Both the position numbers and the translations under genes were made by a program. Positions 1-14,359 of a stretch of 64,000 nucleotides of DNA are shown here, piece by piece; positions within the stretch are counted from its first letter, which is position 1; the number at the start of each line of letters is the position of its first letter. Source of the DNA: Octopus vulgaris (lineage: Eukaryota); NCBI GenBank assembly GCA_951406725.2, contig OX597818.1:108128001-108192000 (forward strand). The letters are read 5' to 3'. Below the pieces are notes generated by a model, which was not told where the DNA came from, made no database searches, and saw only the letters and a list, made by a program, of their open reading frames with translations.

Positions 1-465
1 CATCATCACTCATACTCAGTACCATTAGTACCATGAGTTAGTAGCAGGCAGTGACAGAAATAGTAGTCGTGGTATCAAATCGCCGTCGTTATCCTTCTTT
101 CATTTCCGTTCATCAGAACCGGATTAAATACCTCGATGTCCATGGATTTGATGAGCCTGCTAATATGTGTTTCCTCGTAAATTGGTAGGAACTAGTGTGA
201 AAGAGAGAAGGGTGGATGGATATACGGTGGGGTGAGAAGTTGAGAGAGATTAAGAGAAGAGGAGAGAAGTAAGAAGGAGAGAGAGAGAGAATGCAGCCCT
301 GGTTTGGCACTTTCCATCAAAAGATTAAAAATATTATCTTCATATTGATGTTACCAATTTTACTTGACAGAAACGTTGGCAGGATGTAAACATGGAGTGA
401 GCTGGAGACTGAACACTTATGTTTGCTTCACTTTTCCTTCGTATCTCTGTCAAATTATATCACAG

Positions 466-466
<1 letters not shown>

Positions 467-498
<32 letters not shown>

Positions 499-499
499 A

Positions 500-547
<48 letters not shown>

Positions 548-622
548 CATCTATCTATCTATCTATCTAGCTATCTATCTGTCTGTCTGTCTGTCTGTCT
601 ACCTGTCTGTCTCTCTGTCTGT
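467..622. repeat. (TCTA)n/(TCTG)n compound microsatellite
   Basis: Direct reading; source of the YLSI-type spurious ORFs. Confidence 0.95.
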
Positions 623-1199
623 CAATTTGTACAATCAGAGTCAACGGCTAGTAACCGATACCACTGAGGACAGATCATTGATTGTAAAACCCATCACTGC
701 CTCACAGCATCTTGATAACAAATGGGAGTATAGAAAGCAGCCTAATGGCAGCAGCACAACAACTCTTATACTACGATGCAAAAACGTTCAGCCTTTGTCC
801 AGACTTGTTGGTTCCACTTCAGTCTCATTAGGCGCAAAACGATTACCAAAGATGATGATGTACATTTATGTAAATAATATATGCATAAAAGACCAGACAC
901 ACACACACACACGCGCGTATGTGTGTGTGTGTGTGTATAATAAAACAAGATATAGTATAAAACATATATGGAAGATTTTCTGGCAAGGTTGAGTCAGGTA
1001 TTCCATGCACTGTTTACTTAACCACTTCTCAAATCATTTCCAAGTGCAACCAAATGCACCACTAAGCATCTCATGTTGAAAAGATCCTGACATCCTGAGG
1101 CATTCTTTTTTAAGTTCCTCATAATATCTTAATTTTAATTTTACAAATACTTTATCCTTTGGGTGTTGTTTATATTCTGAACATGACTGTTTATGTAAT

Positions 1200-2650
1200 A
1201 TTATCGTTTGTTAAGAGACCATGGCACCATAGATGCCTAATTTTGTCAAGCAACTCGTTGTTTGATTTTCGAATCCATTGATTTCCCATCGTTATTTTCT
1301 TTAAAAGAAAATTTTCACCCTCAAACCGTATCATTTTGTGATTTTTTATTCCTTTTTCCATTCATAGCTTTGTTTACAATTATTTCTTCCTCATAGCACA
1401 ATGAAGATGTTATACTGTTAGGACTGTTTTTATCCATTTATTTGTGATACTGGGGTTTCGGCTAATAGTCTTCTGGAAATTGGAGTTCTTTTTGTTGTTG
1501 CCATAAAAATTGATTATTTTAATTGTTTTCTTCTTCGATTTAGCTTTTCCGTTCTTCAGGACAGTCAACACTAGAGTGTGTTTTACTCTGACAAACAAAA
1601 AATCTACGCTTTCTGCTCTCTACCTCGACACCTTCAACTAGGCACAGTTCAGAAATTATTTTATGGCACTCAGATTCATTAGGTATGACTTGCAAGACCA
1701 TTTTGATGTGCCCTGACCAAAACCATCCTTCATTTAAGTATTTAGACCACTTTCCTATACCGCAATACAAAATGTCACAACTAGCCATGGATTGAATTTG
1801 TTTCCAATGTCTCTTGTGTTTCTTTGACGCATAACATGACACAATCGTTGAGTCAAAGGTTTGTCTCACAATTTCAATCAGTGCTCTGACTGTGTTTCAA
1901 TGTTAAGGATTCAGTAAATAGTGCTATAGCATTTGCTTTTTTCATTTGAAATAATTTCTCTTGTTCTGTAAGGCTTCTTGTACTACTTGGCGTAAGGAGA
2001 AATACAACTTCTGTTTTTTTCGTAATACATATATGAGAGGTATATAATTTTTCTTATCGCTCTCTCATGGATTATTTCCTGTGGCAAAAATAAAATTCTG
2101 TTGGGTTATTTACATAGCAAAAGATCTGAGTGTACAAGTTCGGTGCGATTATACACGTATATATTTCATTCAACCCTGCTTCGTGTACTTCCAGTTAATT
2201 AATTTTAGCTTGGATAAGCTTTACACACATTAGCAAATATACGATTTGCTGTTCCTATATAAACAACCGTTCTTACAGGTCTGTGAACGACTGATTCGGT
2301 ATTCGTAGCTCATCAAAAGTAACGACGCAGAAACGTATGCATCCTATGATCCGTCATTCACAGCCCATTGGTTTGTTTTGGCACATATTGTCTATGAGGA
2401 GAACTTTCTCCAAAGACTATTTCCATAGCAAAAGAACTTCTCGAGGCCGAGTGTATACGAACATGTCAAATATGTGCATACGTCTCATCTACATTTCATG
2501 TCCTGAAAATGTGATAAACCCCAAAATTCTGTCTGCTCATTTAGTGTTGAGGATAGGTTTGGTTCAACACAGCTACAGTATGAACGAACCGCAATATCTG
2601 GAATCAAGTAAGAGCTGCTACTGGCTTTTCTTGTTATCTTCCAAATGACA
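1200..2650 (-). pseudogene. Possible highly eroded piggyBac-like transposase remnant
   Basis: Minus-strand fragments FGESSPHRQYVPKQ (~2365-2415, like piggyBac F.GR...RQY.PKKP) and CLTKLGIYGAMV (~1215-1255, like L..GIYACGTV). Many stops, and motif spacing is too long for one intact ORF. Confidence 0.25.
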
Positions 2651-2916
2651 TTTTTTTGTAAATTTGCAACATTTTCTCTATTAAATACTCACTAAAACGG
2701 TCTTTCATGTGATTATGTGGAGCGGGGTGGAAGAGGGCAGGTGCTTGAAGTTGTTAATTTAGTTATTGTTGAACACTGAGGTTCGTGGACGTACGATGCG
2801 TGCGCTTAGATACACAGATATCTAAGCACAAATTCATAGTTATTCATTTTCAAACACATACATATATACACATACACATATATATACATATATGTGTATA
2901 TCTATCTATCTACGTA

Positions 2917-2963
<47 letters not shown>

Positions 2964-2966
<3 letters not shown>

Positions 2967-3150
2967 GGGAGAATTCACGAAAAAAATCAAAAGACGAAGA
3001 CGGGTGGTGTACAAAATAAACAGATGTATTAGTATAACGCTCAGGAATAGAAAAAGTATTTTACGTTTCGAGCCTGCGCTCTTCCACAGAAAGGAACACA
3101 GAAAAAGACGAGGAGAGAAAAAAATGTGTGTAGTGGCTACCGATCTATCA
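2964..3150 (-). mobile_element. Short non-autonomous PLE-terminal-repeat-like element, HHR family 1
   Basis: Similar to 14441-14562 and 23485-23787; abuts (TA)n; carries HHR-like core. Confidence 0.7.
3058..3093 (-). ncRNA. Minimal hammerhead ribozyme variant (core CUGUGGA)
   Basis: Minus strand: cttt CTGTGGA A GAGC gcag GCTC GAAA C GTA aaat. Confidence 0.55.
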
Positions 3151-3619
3151 TATATTCTGGGCTATCAATGTTGCCGGATTCCATACAAATACCCAAATTC
3201 TTCGGGTGCAGAAAATTCTGGTTTCGTGATAGTAAAACCGTTCTTTGGGTTTAGCGAAGATTAAAGTATAATCAAAATAATATGACAAAGAAATACATTA
3301 ACTCATCTTTAATGATTCGTTACAATTGTTTCGGTACCAACTCTGCTTGCAACACAAGTTTATGCAATATTCGAGGAAAAAATTTGATATTTGCAGTTTT
3401 AGGCATTAAAGTGGCATTTCACCAGACTTGCACCAAAGGTGCGCTCTTACATTGTGCGTCTTCCAGGCATTGCCCTTTTTTTTTGTTTTTTGTTTTTGTT
3501 TTTGGGAAGAGAGGGTTTGCGTAAATCGGGAGGAAACAAAAAGTAAATAAAGTATGCATAGGGAATGAATGATTAATATAGAGATCGTTTTTTTTTTCTT
3601 TCTCTTCATCCTCCTCACA

Positions 3620-3845
3620 TACTCTTTTTCTCTTTTACTCTTTTACTTGTTTCAGTCATTTGACTACGGCCATGCTGGAGCACCGCCTTTAATCGAGCAA
3701 CTCGACCCCGGGACTTATTCTTTTGTAAGCCCAGTACTTATTCTATCGGTCTCTTTTGCCGAACCGCTAAGTGACGGGGACGTAAACACACCAGCATCGG
3801 TTGTCAAGCAATGCTAGGGGGACAAACACAGACAAACAAACACAT

Positions 3846-3876
<31 letters not shown>

Positions 3877-4022
3877 CATATATACGACAGGCTTCTTTCA
3901 GTTTCCGTCTACCAAATCCACTCACAAGGCATTGGCTGGCCCGGGGCTATAGCAGAAGTGGGACTGAACCCGGAACCATGTGGTTGGTTAGCAAGCTACT
4001 TACCACACAGCCACTCCTGCAC
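3620..4022 (-). mobile_element. tRNA-derived SINE, family A (internal microsatellite, GTAAAAGA tail)
   Basis: Near-identical to 13010-13427 and 58610-59032; A/B-box-like head; about 23-bp internal deletion. Confidence 0.9.
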
Positions 4023-4739
4023 ATGATCTCTATGATCTCACTTTGTTAGCGACAAGTTTGAACTCTCTTTAGAATAATTTAAAACTAAAACAAGAAAAGA
4101 AACGTGTGTGTGTGTGTGTGTAATGATTATTGCTTTCGTTAGTTAGTTTCTCCGATGTCGCCAAATAGTTTTTTTTGCGTTGTATAATTTCAGGTGCATT
4201 GAAGTTGGTTCATGTTTTTATTGGTTGACTTTCAATATTTCGTTGATATTTCGTTTTTTCCTATGGTTTGACTATGTTTTTCATCATGTCATTTGTTAAT
4301 TCGTTGTTTGTACTATGTTTTTTTCTTCGTTGGTCAACATTGCTGTTGTTTATTATCTGTGTCTATTTTGAATCGCTTTCACTTTTAAATTATATTTTCA
4401 TCTATTTCTGATTTTGATTCGCTTGGCTTTAAATCTGTTTATTTGTTTTTTCTTATCGCTTATATATTAAAATTTTAAAATGTTTTTTTTTTCCCGATGA
4501 TATTTGCTGGGCATTTTCTTTTCTCTCGCTATGGTTTGATGGTTGCTAGCACTGGTGTTGCTGACATCCTGATAATCTCGCTTTTGTTTGGCCATTGTTT
4601 ATTCTGTCTAGGTGTTTTGTGAAATGTTTTGTTTAGGCGTTTCCTGTTTTGCTATAGTTCAGCGATAATTAGTCGGGGATTGTGATGGGGAGGGGGTCAT
4701 GCGATTCGTTGGGTGCGTGATAAACTCTGTGTGTGTGTG

Positions 4740-4807
<68 letters not shown>

Positions 4808-4824
4808 ATTTTAATCCAAACGGG

Positions 4825-5100
4825 AAACAAAAAACAACAACAATGGAACAATTACAGTATTATTATTAATAGGCGCTCAGGAAATGGAAGCAGGGAGGTA
4901 TGACGTTTCGAGCGGAGCTCTTCGTCGGAAACATAAAGAAGGAAGAAGAGGAAAGAAAGATCCCGGAGCGGGCAACGGAGATAGAGAAAAACGGCTGGTG
5001 TTAGGAGTAGACATGGTGAAAGGCGGATGTTTACGATAACAAGAGCAAAGTGGGTTTTTAAAGGCAAAAGAGTGGAGACAAGGTTGGTAACGCAACAGAT
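4825..5100 (-). mobile_element. PLE-terminal-repeat-like element, HHR family 2
   Basis: Similar to 36735-36950, 23930-24110 and 14850-15060; next to (TA)n. Confidence 0.65.
4898..4932 (-). ncRNA. Minimal hammerhead ribozyme variant (core CCGACGA)
   Basis: Minus strand: gttt CCGACGA A GAGC tcc GCTC GAAA C GTC atac. Confidence 0.6.
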
Positions 5101-5504
5101 GTGTGTGTATGTGTGAGTGTGTGCGTGTGTGTATGTGTGTGTGTGAGGCGAGGTAAAAAAACAAAAATATATGTATGTGTTAGTGTGTAGCAGCAGCATA
5201 GCAGACAAAGGTCAGTAGTGAGAAAAGGGAGGAAGGAGGAAGGGAGGGAGGGGAAGGGGTGGGGGCGTATGTAGCGTGCCAGCGTGTGTTGAGTAGTAGT
5301 GTGTGTGTGTCCAGTGTCGTGGTAGTATTAGTGGCGAGTAGATTGAATGTGTGTAAGAGTGATGTATATGTTTAAGCAATGTGTGTATATGTGTGCGCGT
5401 GTGTGTAACGAAAAGGGGGGGGGGGGTTAGGAAAAGGACTCCAGCGGAGGGGAAGATGGAAGAGTGGTCCCGCGGAGACGGGCGTGGGAAAACCCAACTC
5501 ATGC

Positions 5505-6200
<696 letters not shown>

Positions 6201-6699
6201 TACTTATACATACACATATGTGCGTGCATAAAAAGCAAAAGCACGCTCATGCATGCCTTCATTTCATAAAATTCTTATTTTGCGGTAATAAGTATGAACA
6301 TGCATTCATGCCCATACTTTCACACACACACACTCACACACACACACTTAAATAGAAACATGCACGCAATGACACAGGAAACAATTTTAATGTACGAGCG
6401 CGCACGTGTCGAAAGAGAGAGGGGATGAGAGTGATTAATAGATAGTTAGAGTGTGATAGTTACGTATATATGCCTGTGGATGCGTGCATATTTATGCATG
6501 TGTGCACATACGACTACAAATATACGAGCTAAACGTGTATCTTTATGTGTAGAAGTAGATATTCCCATTCATTTGCACGTGGGCTCATGACTGTGTGTTA
6601 GCATATTTGATTACGCGTGTTTTCTTTGCTAACAACTGGGTGTGTACATGTGTGTATATTTGTGTGTGCAGTATACACTTATATCTACAAATATATTTG

Positions 6700-8155
6700 C
6701 ATACGTACAAGTTAGTTATGGTTGTTACTTAATAATTAGTGTTTCTTGCTAAAGGTAATTAATACATCGATACACTCTGAATTATTTACATTTGCTGGTT
6801 GTCATGTGTTTTTAGCAAGTTCAGTCGGTGTATTTATCGTTGGTTTTGACTATTTGGGATATTGTTGTACCATCGAGTGTTACCTTGTTTGTAGTTTAAA
6901 ACCTTGCTTCTAGCCCATCCATATTTCACTCAGCAACCATTTAGCATGCAATGATATCGTATTTCTATACAGTGCATAGCAAATATATCTTAAATGCATT
7001 TATAAAAGCAGGTTTTATCCTTGGAAGCACTCCGTCGGTTACGACGACAAGGGTTCCGGTTGATCCGAATCAACGGAACAGCCTGCTCGTGAAATTAACG
7101 TGTAAGTGGCTGAGCACTCCACAGACACGTGTACCCTTAACGTAGTTCTCGGGGATATTCAGCGTGACACAGAGAGTGACAAGGTCGGCCCTTTGAAATA
7201 CAGGTACAACAGAAACAGGAAGTAAGAGTGAGAGAAAGATGTGGTGAAAGAGTACAGCAGGGATCACCACCATCCCCTGCCGGAGCTGCGTGGAGCTTTA
7301 GGTGTTTTCGCTCAATAAACACTCACAACGCCCGGTCTGGGAATCGAAACCGCGATCCTATGACCGCGAGTCCGCTGCCCTAACCACTGGGCCATTGCGC
7401 CTCCACTGTGTGTATTTAGTGTCCACTATGTTGCTTGTCGCTTCAATGTCTGTCAGCTTTCCGTTTTGCATTCTCGTTGCCTTGTAGATAACTTCTTTCT
7501 TTAAGCAGTTTCTAATTAATGACGACTGCCTGGATCTGCACGAGTTGCATTCGATTTCGGTTATTGATTGTATATTTCAAGATTCTGCAATTATTTATTG
7601 CTTGAACTACATAGCTTATGTTTCCTTGTGCAGCTGTAGATAACTTGCACATTATTCCTATACCATAATCTGTGGTATTCATGGTCGATTTGAAAGTGTT
7701 CAGAGATTAGAGTGTAATTTATTTAGCAGAATATTCATCCTGTTTTGGCTAAGGTGGGTTGAACCAAGTGATGCTTCTTTTTCTGCGTTGTCTGGTTTAT
7801 AATCCATTTCCACGGCTCTATGAATATATTACAGCTTTTCATTGAACCTTCTTGATTTTCGAGGTTCGCAGGTGATGGAGACACTCAGACTTATACTGTT
7901 TACTAAGTGTTAAAGATGGTTGACAGGAGTTTTCTTCCCATATAGCAACACTTTGTTATACTTTCTGTGCAGACAATGTTTTCTTTTGGATAGATTTAAT
8001 GCTATACCTAGAATATTTAACTATTGTAAAGTTTCTTTGGATGGCTGTTTTGAGAAGGAAATCTTTGAAGGCATTTATGAGATTCTTTCAAAATCTGTCA
8101 TATATACACCCGTTCACGCTTTGGGTAACTGCTAGATCATCATTTATATAGATGC
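6700..8155 (-). mobile_element. Degraded Penelope-like retroelement (Neptune-type RT + GIY-YIG), interrupted by a SINE
   Basis: Minus-strand translations: IYINDDLAV..DRF.KNLINAFK (RT YRDD region), RRKRSITWFNPP (~7750-7790), HEYHRLWYRNNVQVIYSC, then TRWYN and PTELAKNT (GIY-YIG region). Many stops and frameshifts. Confidence 0.75.
7013..7406 (-). mobile_element. tRNA(Arg)-like SINE, family E, apparently young
   Basis: Minus head GGAGGCGCAATGGCCCAGTGGTTAGGGCAGCGGACTCGCGGTCA...GGTTTCGATTCC with A and B boxes; CpG-rich; interrupts the PLE. Confidence 0.85.
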
Positions 8156-8301
8156 ATATGTGTAAATGTATCGCATGTGCATATTGATGTATGAACTTAT
8201 GTTCTTATATGAGTTCATAATTATATTCAGGTCAACATAACATACATGTCCACTTACAAAAATATACGGCTATACCTCATTACATACATCTATGTACAAA
8301 T

Positions 8302-8363
<62 letters not shown>

Positions 8364-8573
8364 ATAAGAGAGGTTTTGGTATCCAGAAGATCCAAAAGGC
8401 AGGTAAGGCTATGTAAGTGCTACGGAAGGACCACTGTTAAACTCCCGATTTGATAATAGTATGAGTGAGAAGTCTAACGCGAGCCGTGTGTGAGCGTGCA
8501 TATGTTGAATAAAATGAGACAACAAAGCCAAAGCAGTGTGAAATTTCTAAGACGTTTTATAAAGAAAAAGGTA

Positions 8574-8621
8574 GTCTTACAGTTGTTTCGGGGATATAAA
8601 AGATATTCCATCATCAGAGAC
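8574..8621 (-). ncRNA. Minimal type I hammerhead ribozyme
   Basis: Minus strand: gtct CTGATGA t GGAATAT ctttt ATATCCC c GAAA CAACTG TA agac. Stem I gtct/agac; stem III one change from palindrome ACAGCTGT. Confidence 0.75.
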
Positions 8622-8717
8622 GACATGAGTGAATTAAACAGAGGGAAACAGTAGAGTTCAATATAAGAAATTATATTGGAAAGGGAGAGACATAGGAAAG
8701 ATAGAAGGAAATATAAG

Positions 8718-8928
8718 AATAGAAATAAAGACATGTTTGGATGTTAAACTTGCCGTTCCATTATCCAAGGAATATGTTGTGTAGAATGGGTAAAAAGGCT
8801 TCTTGTCCATGGTTCCTATAGAAACTTACATACCATGGACAGGAAACATTTTTACCCATTCTACACAACATATTCCTTGGATAATGGAACGGCAAGTTTA
8901 ACATCCAACACATGTCTTTATTTCTATT
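8718..8928. repeat. Near-perfect inverted repeat (~96-bp arms, 18-nt loop)
   Basis: 8718-8813 is the reverse complement of 8832-8928 with a few mismatches. Confidence 0.95.
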
Positions 8929-9052
8929 GGCAGTCGTACATCTAACTATACACACAAGATATACTGTGTGTGTGTGTGTGTGTGTTTGAAGGTATGTATG
9001 TACATATGTAACTGTATGCATATATGTGTGTGTCTATACACAGGCACACATA

Positions 9053-9097
<45 letters not shown>

Positions 9098-9274
9098 TTA
9101 CATACATGCACACACACACAGATATCAGAGACAGATAGAGAGTATTTAGCGTGTATGTAGACATACAGTAAATGTGAGTTTTAGGAAGGTAAAGAGGGGT
9201 AATTATTGCCGAGAATACAGCGACCTGTTATTGAAGTAGGACAGATTCTCGAGTTCAGGAGAGAGAAACGAGAG

Positions 9275-9310
<36 letters not shown>

Positions 9311-9799
9311 AGAGAGAGGGAGAGAGAAAGAGACGTATATAAACTAAATAAATAAATAAATAAGTGAATTTAGATAAATAACAAACTAATCAAAGAAATA
9401 AGTATAAGAACGAGTAGTTCTTGCAAGTTAATGATAACTATCTTATCGTCATCATTGCAATCATCATCATCATCATCATCAACACAATATGGGAAATATA
9501 GCACCATTAGATTGAGTATAACTACTTAATTTAAATTTAATAAAATACAGTTTAATGTATAAAAAAAATATGATATTAAACACTTAAGTCAGCGATAGAT
9601 AAATAAAATGTAAATGAATGAAAAGTTCAGAATTTTCTGATTGTTTTTATTCTTATTACAATTAACATCATCATCATCATCATATAGTTGAAATATTCAG
9701 CCATTAGACTAGGAACAAATTTAGGATTTAAATTAAATTAAACCTAAGTTAATTAATGAATACGTAAATAATACGTAAATGATACAAATATCATCTCAT

Positions 9800-11170
9800 G
9801 GGTAATTGTTGAAGCATTGGATAAGGAAAACCTTCAATAGATTTAAAGTTAATGAAAAATGGGTTGAAAATCTTGAACATATTAATTCAAGGATGACTTT
9901 TTCCCAAGTTAATAACATTGAACAATAAAAAAAGGTTTCATTCATAAAAAGAAAAATTAGAACATTAAAGCAGAATAACAATTCATGTTCTAAATTGAAA
10001 GTTTGATATTCTTTTTTTTTTTTTAAGTATAGCACTTAGGCCATGGAAATATTGATGACTTTACACAAAAACGAATATCTAGGAATAAGTCAGCTTATGA
10101 CATAGACCGTAGTAAAAAAGGAGAAAACGGCCTACATATCGAAAATTACCTTTTAGTCAAGAAATAAAACAACTAAATAACTCGATTGTTTCCCATAAAT
10201 ACACTGGTAAGTATCGAGATAATTTCAAGATTGGACACCTTTTAGGTACATGCAAAAGGACTTAAGCAGAGCAATGTTGAGTTTAATCCTACTAACAAAG
10301 GTAATACTTCATAAAACCATACACAGAAAGACAACTATATTAATATAAATCATAAATACAAACTAAAGGATGTAGAATACGTGATAGAAATATCACGTGG
10401 TATAATGCTCCTTGCAGAATTTGTGTTGCTATGAACATCCTGAGGATTAGACAGAAATTCTCTCCTATAAGATTTGAAAGTTTTTTTAATAGTCATACGA
10501 TGAAGTTTGCATGTTTCGCTACAGTTAATTTAGTTGATTCTATAGTGGCTAATAACTTTAGAAAATTTAATATTACCAGAATGAATGGAGTGGACGTATG
10601 TTTCTTTATTCAGAATGTAAAGACCAAGATCGGTCTACCATAATTAGTACACATCTGGTGCAAAAACGATGAAGATAACGATACAGTATATCCTCTTTAA
10701 ATAACATTAACACTAATAGAATAAATGTGGCCTCTCTTGGCTATGTACTTAATAGAATGTAGAACAGTGGGAACCGAGACAAATGCCCATCAGATGACCA
10801 ATATCTGAGAAATACTCAAATTATATGTGTGCTCAGTCAAAGCAGCTGAGGATGTCCGTTATTACATGGGTGCAACTGCTTTAAAATTCAAGACCAGAAT
10901 ACATAATCGCATTCATTCTTTAAAATGCAAAAACAAAGAAAACTGCACTCTATTGGCCAAGTTCATTGGGGGCCTAAAAGTGAGGAATATAGAGCACTCC
11001 ATTTCGTGATCTATTATCGATAGAGCTTTTCCTTAAATGAGAGACGGTGGTAGATGTAATTTATGCTCAGCTGAGGCACTGGAAATTCCCAATTATAAAT
11101 CTAGGTTAATAAATAATCATACCGATTTATTAATCTATTGTTTACACTTCCTTTATAAAAGCTTCCTGAG
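9800..11170 (+). mobile_element. Degraded Penelope-like retroelement (Neptune-type), GIY-YIG end recognisable
   Basis: RDRNITWYNAP (~10380-10412); ORF 10827-11009 CSVK..RYYMGATALKFKTRIHN..TLLAKFI..LK, followed by IIDRAFP..GRCNLCSAE. Confidence 0.7.
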
Positions 11171-11624
11171 ATGTCCACACAAAAGTTGTATATAATTTAT
11201 TTACCTAGTTTTCTCTTCTTATGGATTATTCTGCCTTCTACTTAAATTATCTGTTATGTATCATGCGAAATACTCATTTCCTAACTAATTCTTTACGTTT
11301 AGTCCTCAACAATTGCACTTTATTTGATTCAATACGACGTGATTTAATTTAATTTGCCTGTCGTATTACAAGTTCTTTTCCATCTTAACTTATATAAATA
11401 CCAACTTGCCATACATTAGGGTAGAAAACAGTAGAAATTCCCTGAACTCTACTTTCCCTGACTAGTTTACTATTATACTTGCTGACATCTTGATCTCGTA
11501 GAACTAAATTTAGCAAGAATATAACAGATCAATAAAAGGTAATTTCATATGTCAGTCATCTACGATCTCCATATTCTGAATTAACTGCACGGGCAATGGT
11601 AGATGTTTATAACTCTAAGATTAT

Positions 11625-12330
11625 TTAACTCATTTCCAGCAGCATATTTGTGGGAAACTTTGAAAAATCTACCATAAATTTAGAGTGAATATGTGTGGAA
11701 GATGTGGTCGAAGGAAGTTGTATGTGTGTGTGTGTGGAAGCCGTATTAATGCGTTGAGGGTGTGTGTAAGAGAGGTGTAATGAGGGTGTGATATGAATGG
11801 CGGGTGGGAAGGGTGTGAGTAGAAAATGCGGGTGGCGCTGCAAGGGAAAAAAGACTGAAAGTAAAGGGAATAAGTGCGAGAATTCTGGAGCAGATGGTGT
11901 GGTTGGGCAAATTCGAAGTAGAAAATATGAGGTAATATATCTAAATCGAAAAGCATACACGATTTGAGAAAGAATGGAAGCTCTTGCTCGCGCTGAAGGT
12001 GTACTATTGGAGATATAGTGCTGGTGAGCAGGCTGAAGACTGACAAATGTTGAGTGGAGAGGTCTGAAATCATGAGTGTGATGGAAGATGTGGAGGAGTT
12101 AGGAGTTAGACGAACTTCGAAAGAGGGATGGGTGGGGTAGTAAGAGGAAGCGTCAGGGTGGGTTTGTGGAAACACGAGCGGGGAGGGGGAGCATGGCGTG
12201 GTCGATAGCAACAGTGATTTTAAGGAAATTAAGAAACGTTGGTGAGAGGAGTAAAACGTGTTGAAAATCGATATAAAGGACTTAGATGTTCATTGTAGAA
12301 AGAGAAGAAACGGCACGGATACGGTTGGGA
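11625..12330 (-). mobile_element. Eroded Penelope-like (Poseidon-type) 3' region
   Basis: STQHLSVF...HLQREQELPFFLKS resembles the PLE GIY-YIG C-terminus REQELIF.L...P.GLN. Confidence 0.45.
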
Positions 12331-12947
12331 AAGGAAACACATACATAGAAACACACACACACAGATGTTACAAACCAATTACTTGGACATTTAACAACTA
12401 GAGAAGAATACCAGTAACTGAATAAAGGTGAAATAATTCAACAGTATTTATAATGTACAAGCGTTTGATTTACATTTCATAGATAAACAACGATTTACAC
12501 TCCATATCGAATGCCATGCCTCATCTAAAGTGCATTTTCCTTTCTTCCCATTTGGTCAGGCACACAGAAAACAGAATTATTTTGATAAAATGTGAAAGGA
12601 CAATAAATAGTGAGAAATGAGGTGAGGACAGAACAGAGAAGGTAGAAATTGGTAAGTGAATATTATTTATTATTTATTTATATATCCTCTGAATGATGTC
12701 TCCCAGGCCAACTGTGTTGTGCCAGGTAAAAAAGATTAAAAAAAAAGAAATTTTAAGAAATTTCAAGAATATGTTGGAACACATTTCTTGTATTTAGCAT
12801 TCTGTTGGGATAAAATATGTTGCGAATTTGGAGAAACTGTCTTATTCATTCCGGATTTGTGTAAAAATATGTATATGTGGGAGCTGAAAAATTTAGAGGC
12901 CTTTTTTATTGTGTAACTCTTTCAGTTTCCCTTTCTCTCTCACTCAC

Positions 12948-13009
<62 letters not shown>

Positions 13010-13011
<2 letters not shown>

Positions 13012-13167
13012 CGCAGGAGTGGCTGTGTGGTAAGTAGATTGCTAACCAACCACATGGTTCTGGGTTCAGTCCCACTGCGTGGCATCTTGGGCAAGTGTCT
13101 TCTGCTATAGCCCCGGGCCGACCAATGCCTTGTGAGTGGAAACTGTAAGAAGCTTGTCGTATATATT

Positions 13168-13229
<62 letters not shown>

Positions 13230-13427
13230 CTTGTCCCCCTAGCATTGCTTGACAACCGATGCTGATGTGTTTACGTCCCCGTCACTTAGCGGTTCGGCAA
13301 AAGAGACCGATAGAATAAGTACTGGGCTTACAAAGAATAAGTCCCGGGGTCGATATGCTCGACTAAAGGCGGTGCTCCAGCATGGCCGCAGTCAAATGGC
13401 TGAAACAAGTAAAAGAGTAAAAGAGTA
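13010..13427 (+). mobile_element. tRNA-derived SINE, family A
   Basis: GGCGCAGGAGTGGCTGTGTGGTAAG head, GGGTTCAGTCCC B-box-like motif, internal (TA)n(TG)n, GTAAAAGA tail. Confidence 0.9.
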
Positions 13428-13645
13428 AGTGTATATACATACGCTGAGATAAGACTTTACATAATTCTTTAGTTTTCTTTATTCTGTAATCTGTTTTGTA
13501 TTCTATGTAAATATAAGCTTTAAGTCTACCTGTGTTTACCTGCCTTCCTATCTCGCTCTCATTCACTCTGTGTATACGTGCGTGCGCGTTTGTGTATGTA
13601 TGTCTATGTATCTATGCATATATCTTTGTATGTGTGTGTATAAAT

Positions 13646-13680
<35 letters not shown>

Positions 13681-13691
13681 TACATATATAA

Positions 13692-13758
<67 letters not shown>

Positions 13759-14266
13759 CTTATGTATTTACGTATACGTAATACACACACATACATATTA
13801 ATTACAGAAATAAATGTTCTGCTCATACAATGAACATATTTTTTGTGTCAAGCATTTTCGTAAGGATTTTATAAATATGAAAATAAATTCATATTTAGAG
13901 CATTAATATATTAAAATATATAAGATGGCCAAGGTGAAATAGCACCTGAAAATAAATACTTGCAATGCATATTGCATATATATTTTTTTTTTCAATTTGT
14001 TTGTGAAATATTTATTTCTCCCATTTCAGAAAGCTAATTTTAAACACCAATTCCACAATTAATTTTAGACATTCTGAAACTCCTGTAAAGTATTTCATAG
14101 AGAGAAAAGTCATAAAAGATTTATCAGCATTCCAGCAGCATTCATAATCTCCCCATTCTTCTTCCCAGCTTTACCGATTACTACGTGTTCGGTATACCTT
14201 TCCTTTGGATTCTTTCTTCTCTCTTTCAAAGATAACATCATCACGTGTTTAATCTTGGGAATTCGA

Positions 14267-14359
<93 letters not shown>

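Noticed and set aside
661-700. CTGAGGA...hairpin...AAAAC, a possible decayed hammerhead
   Set aside because: GAAA core, stem I and cleavage triplet are not supported
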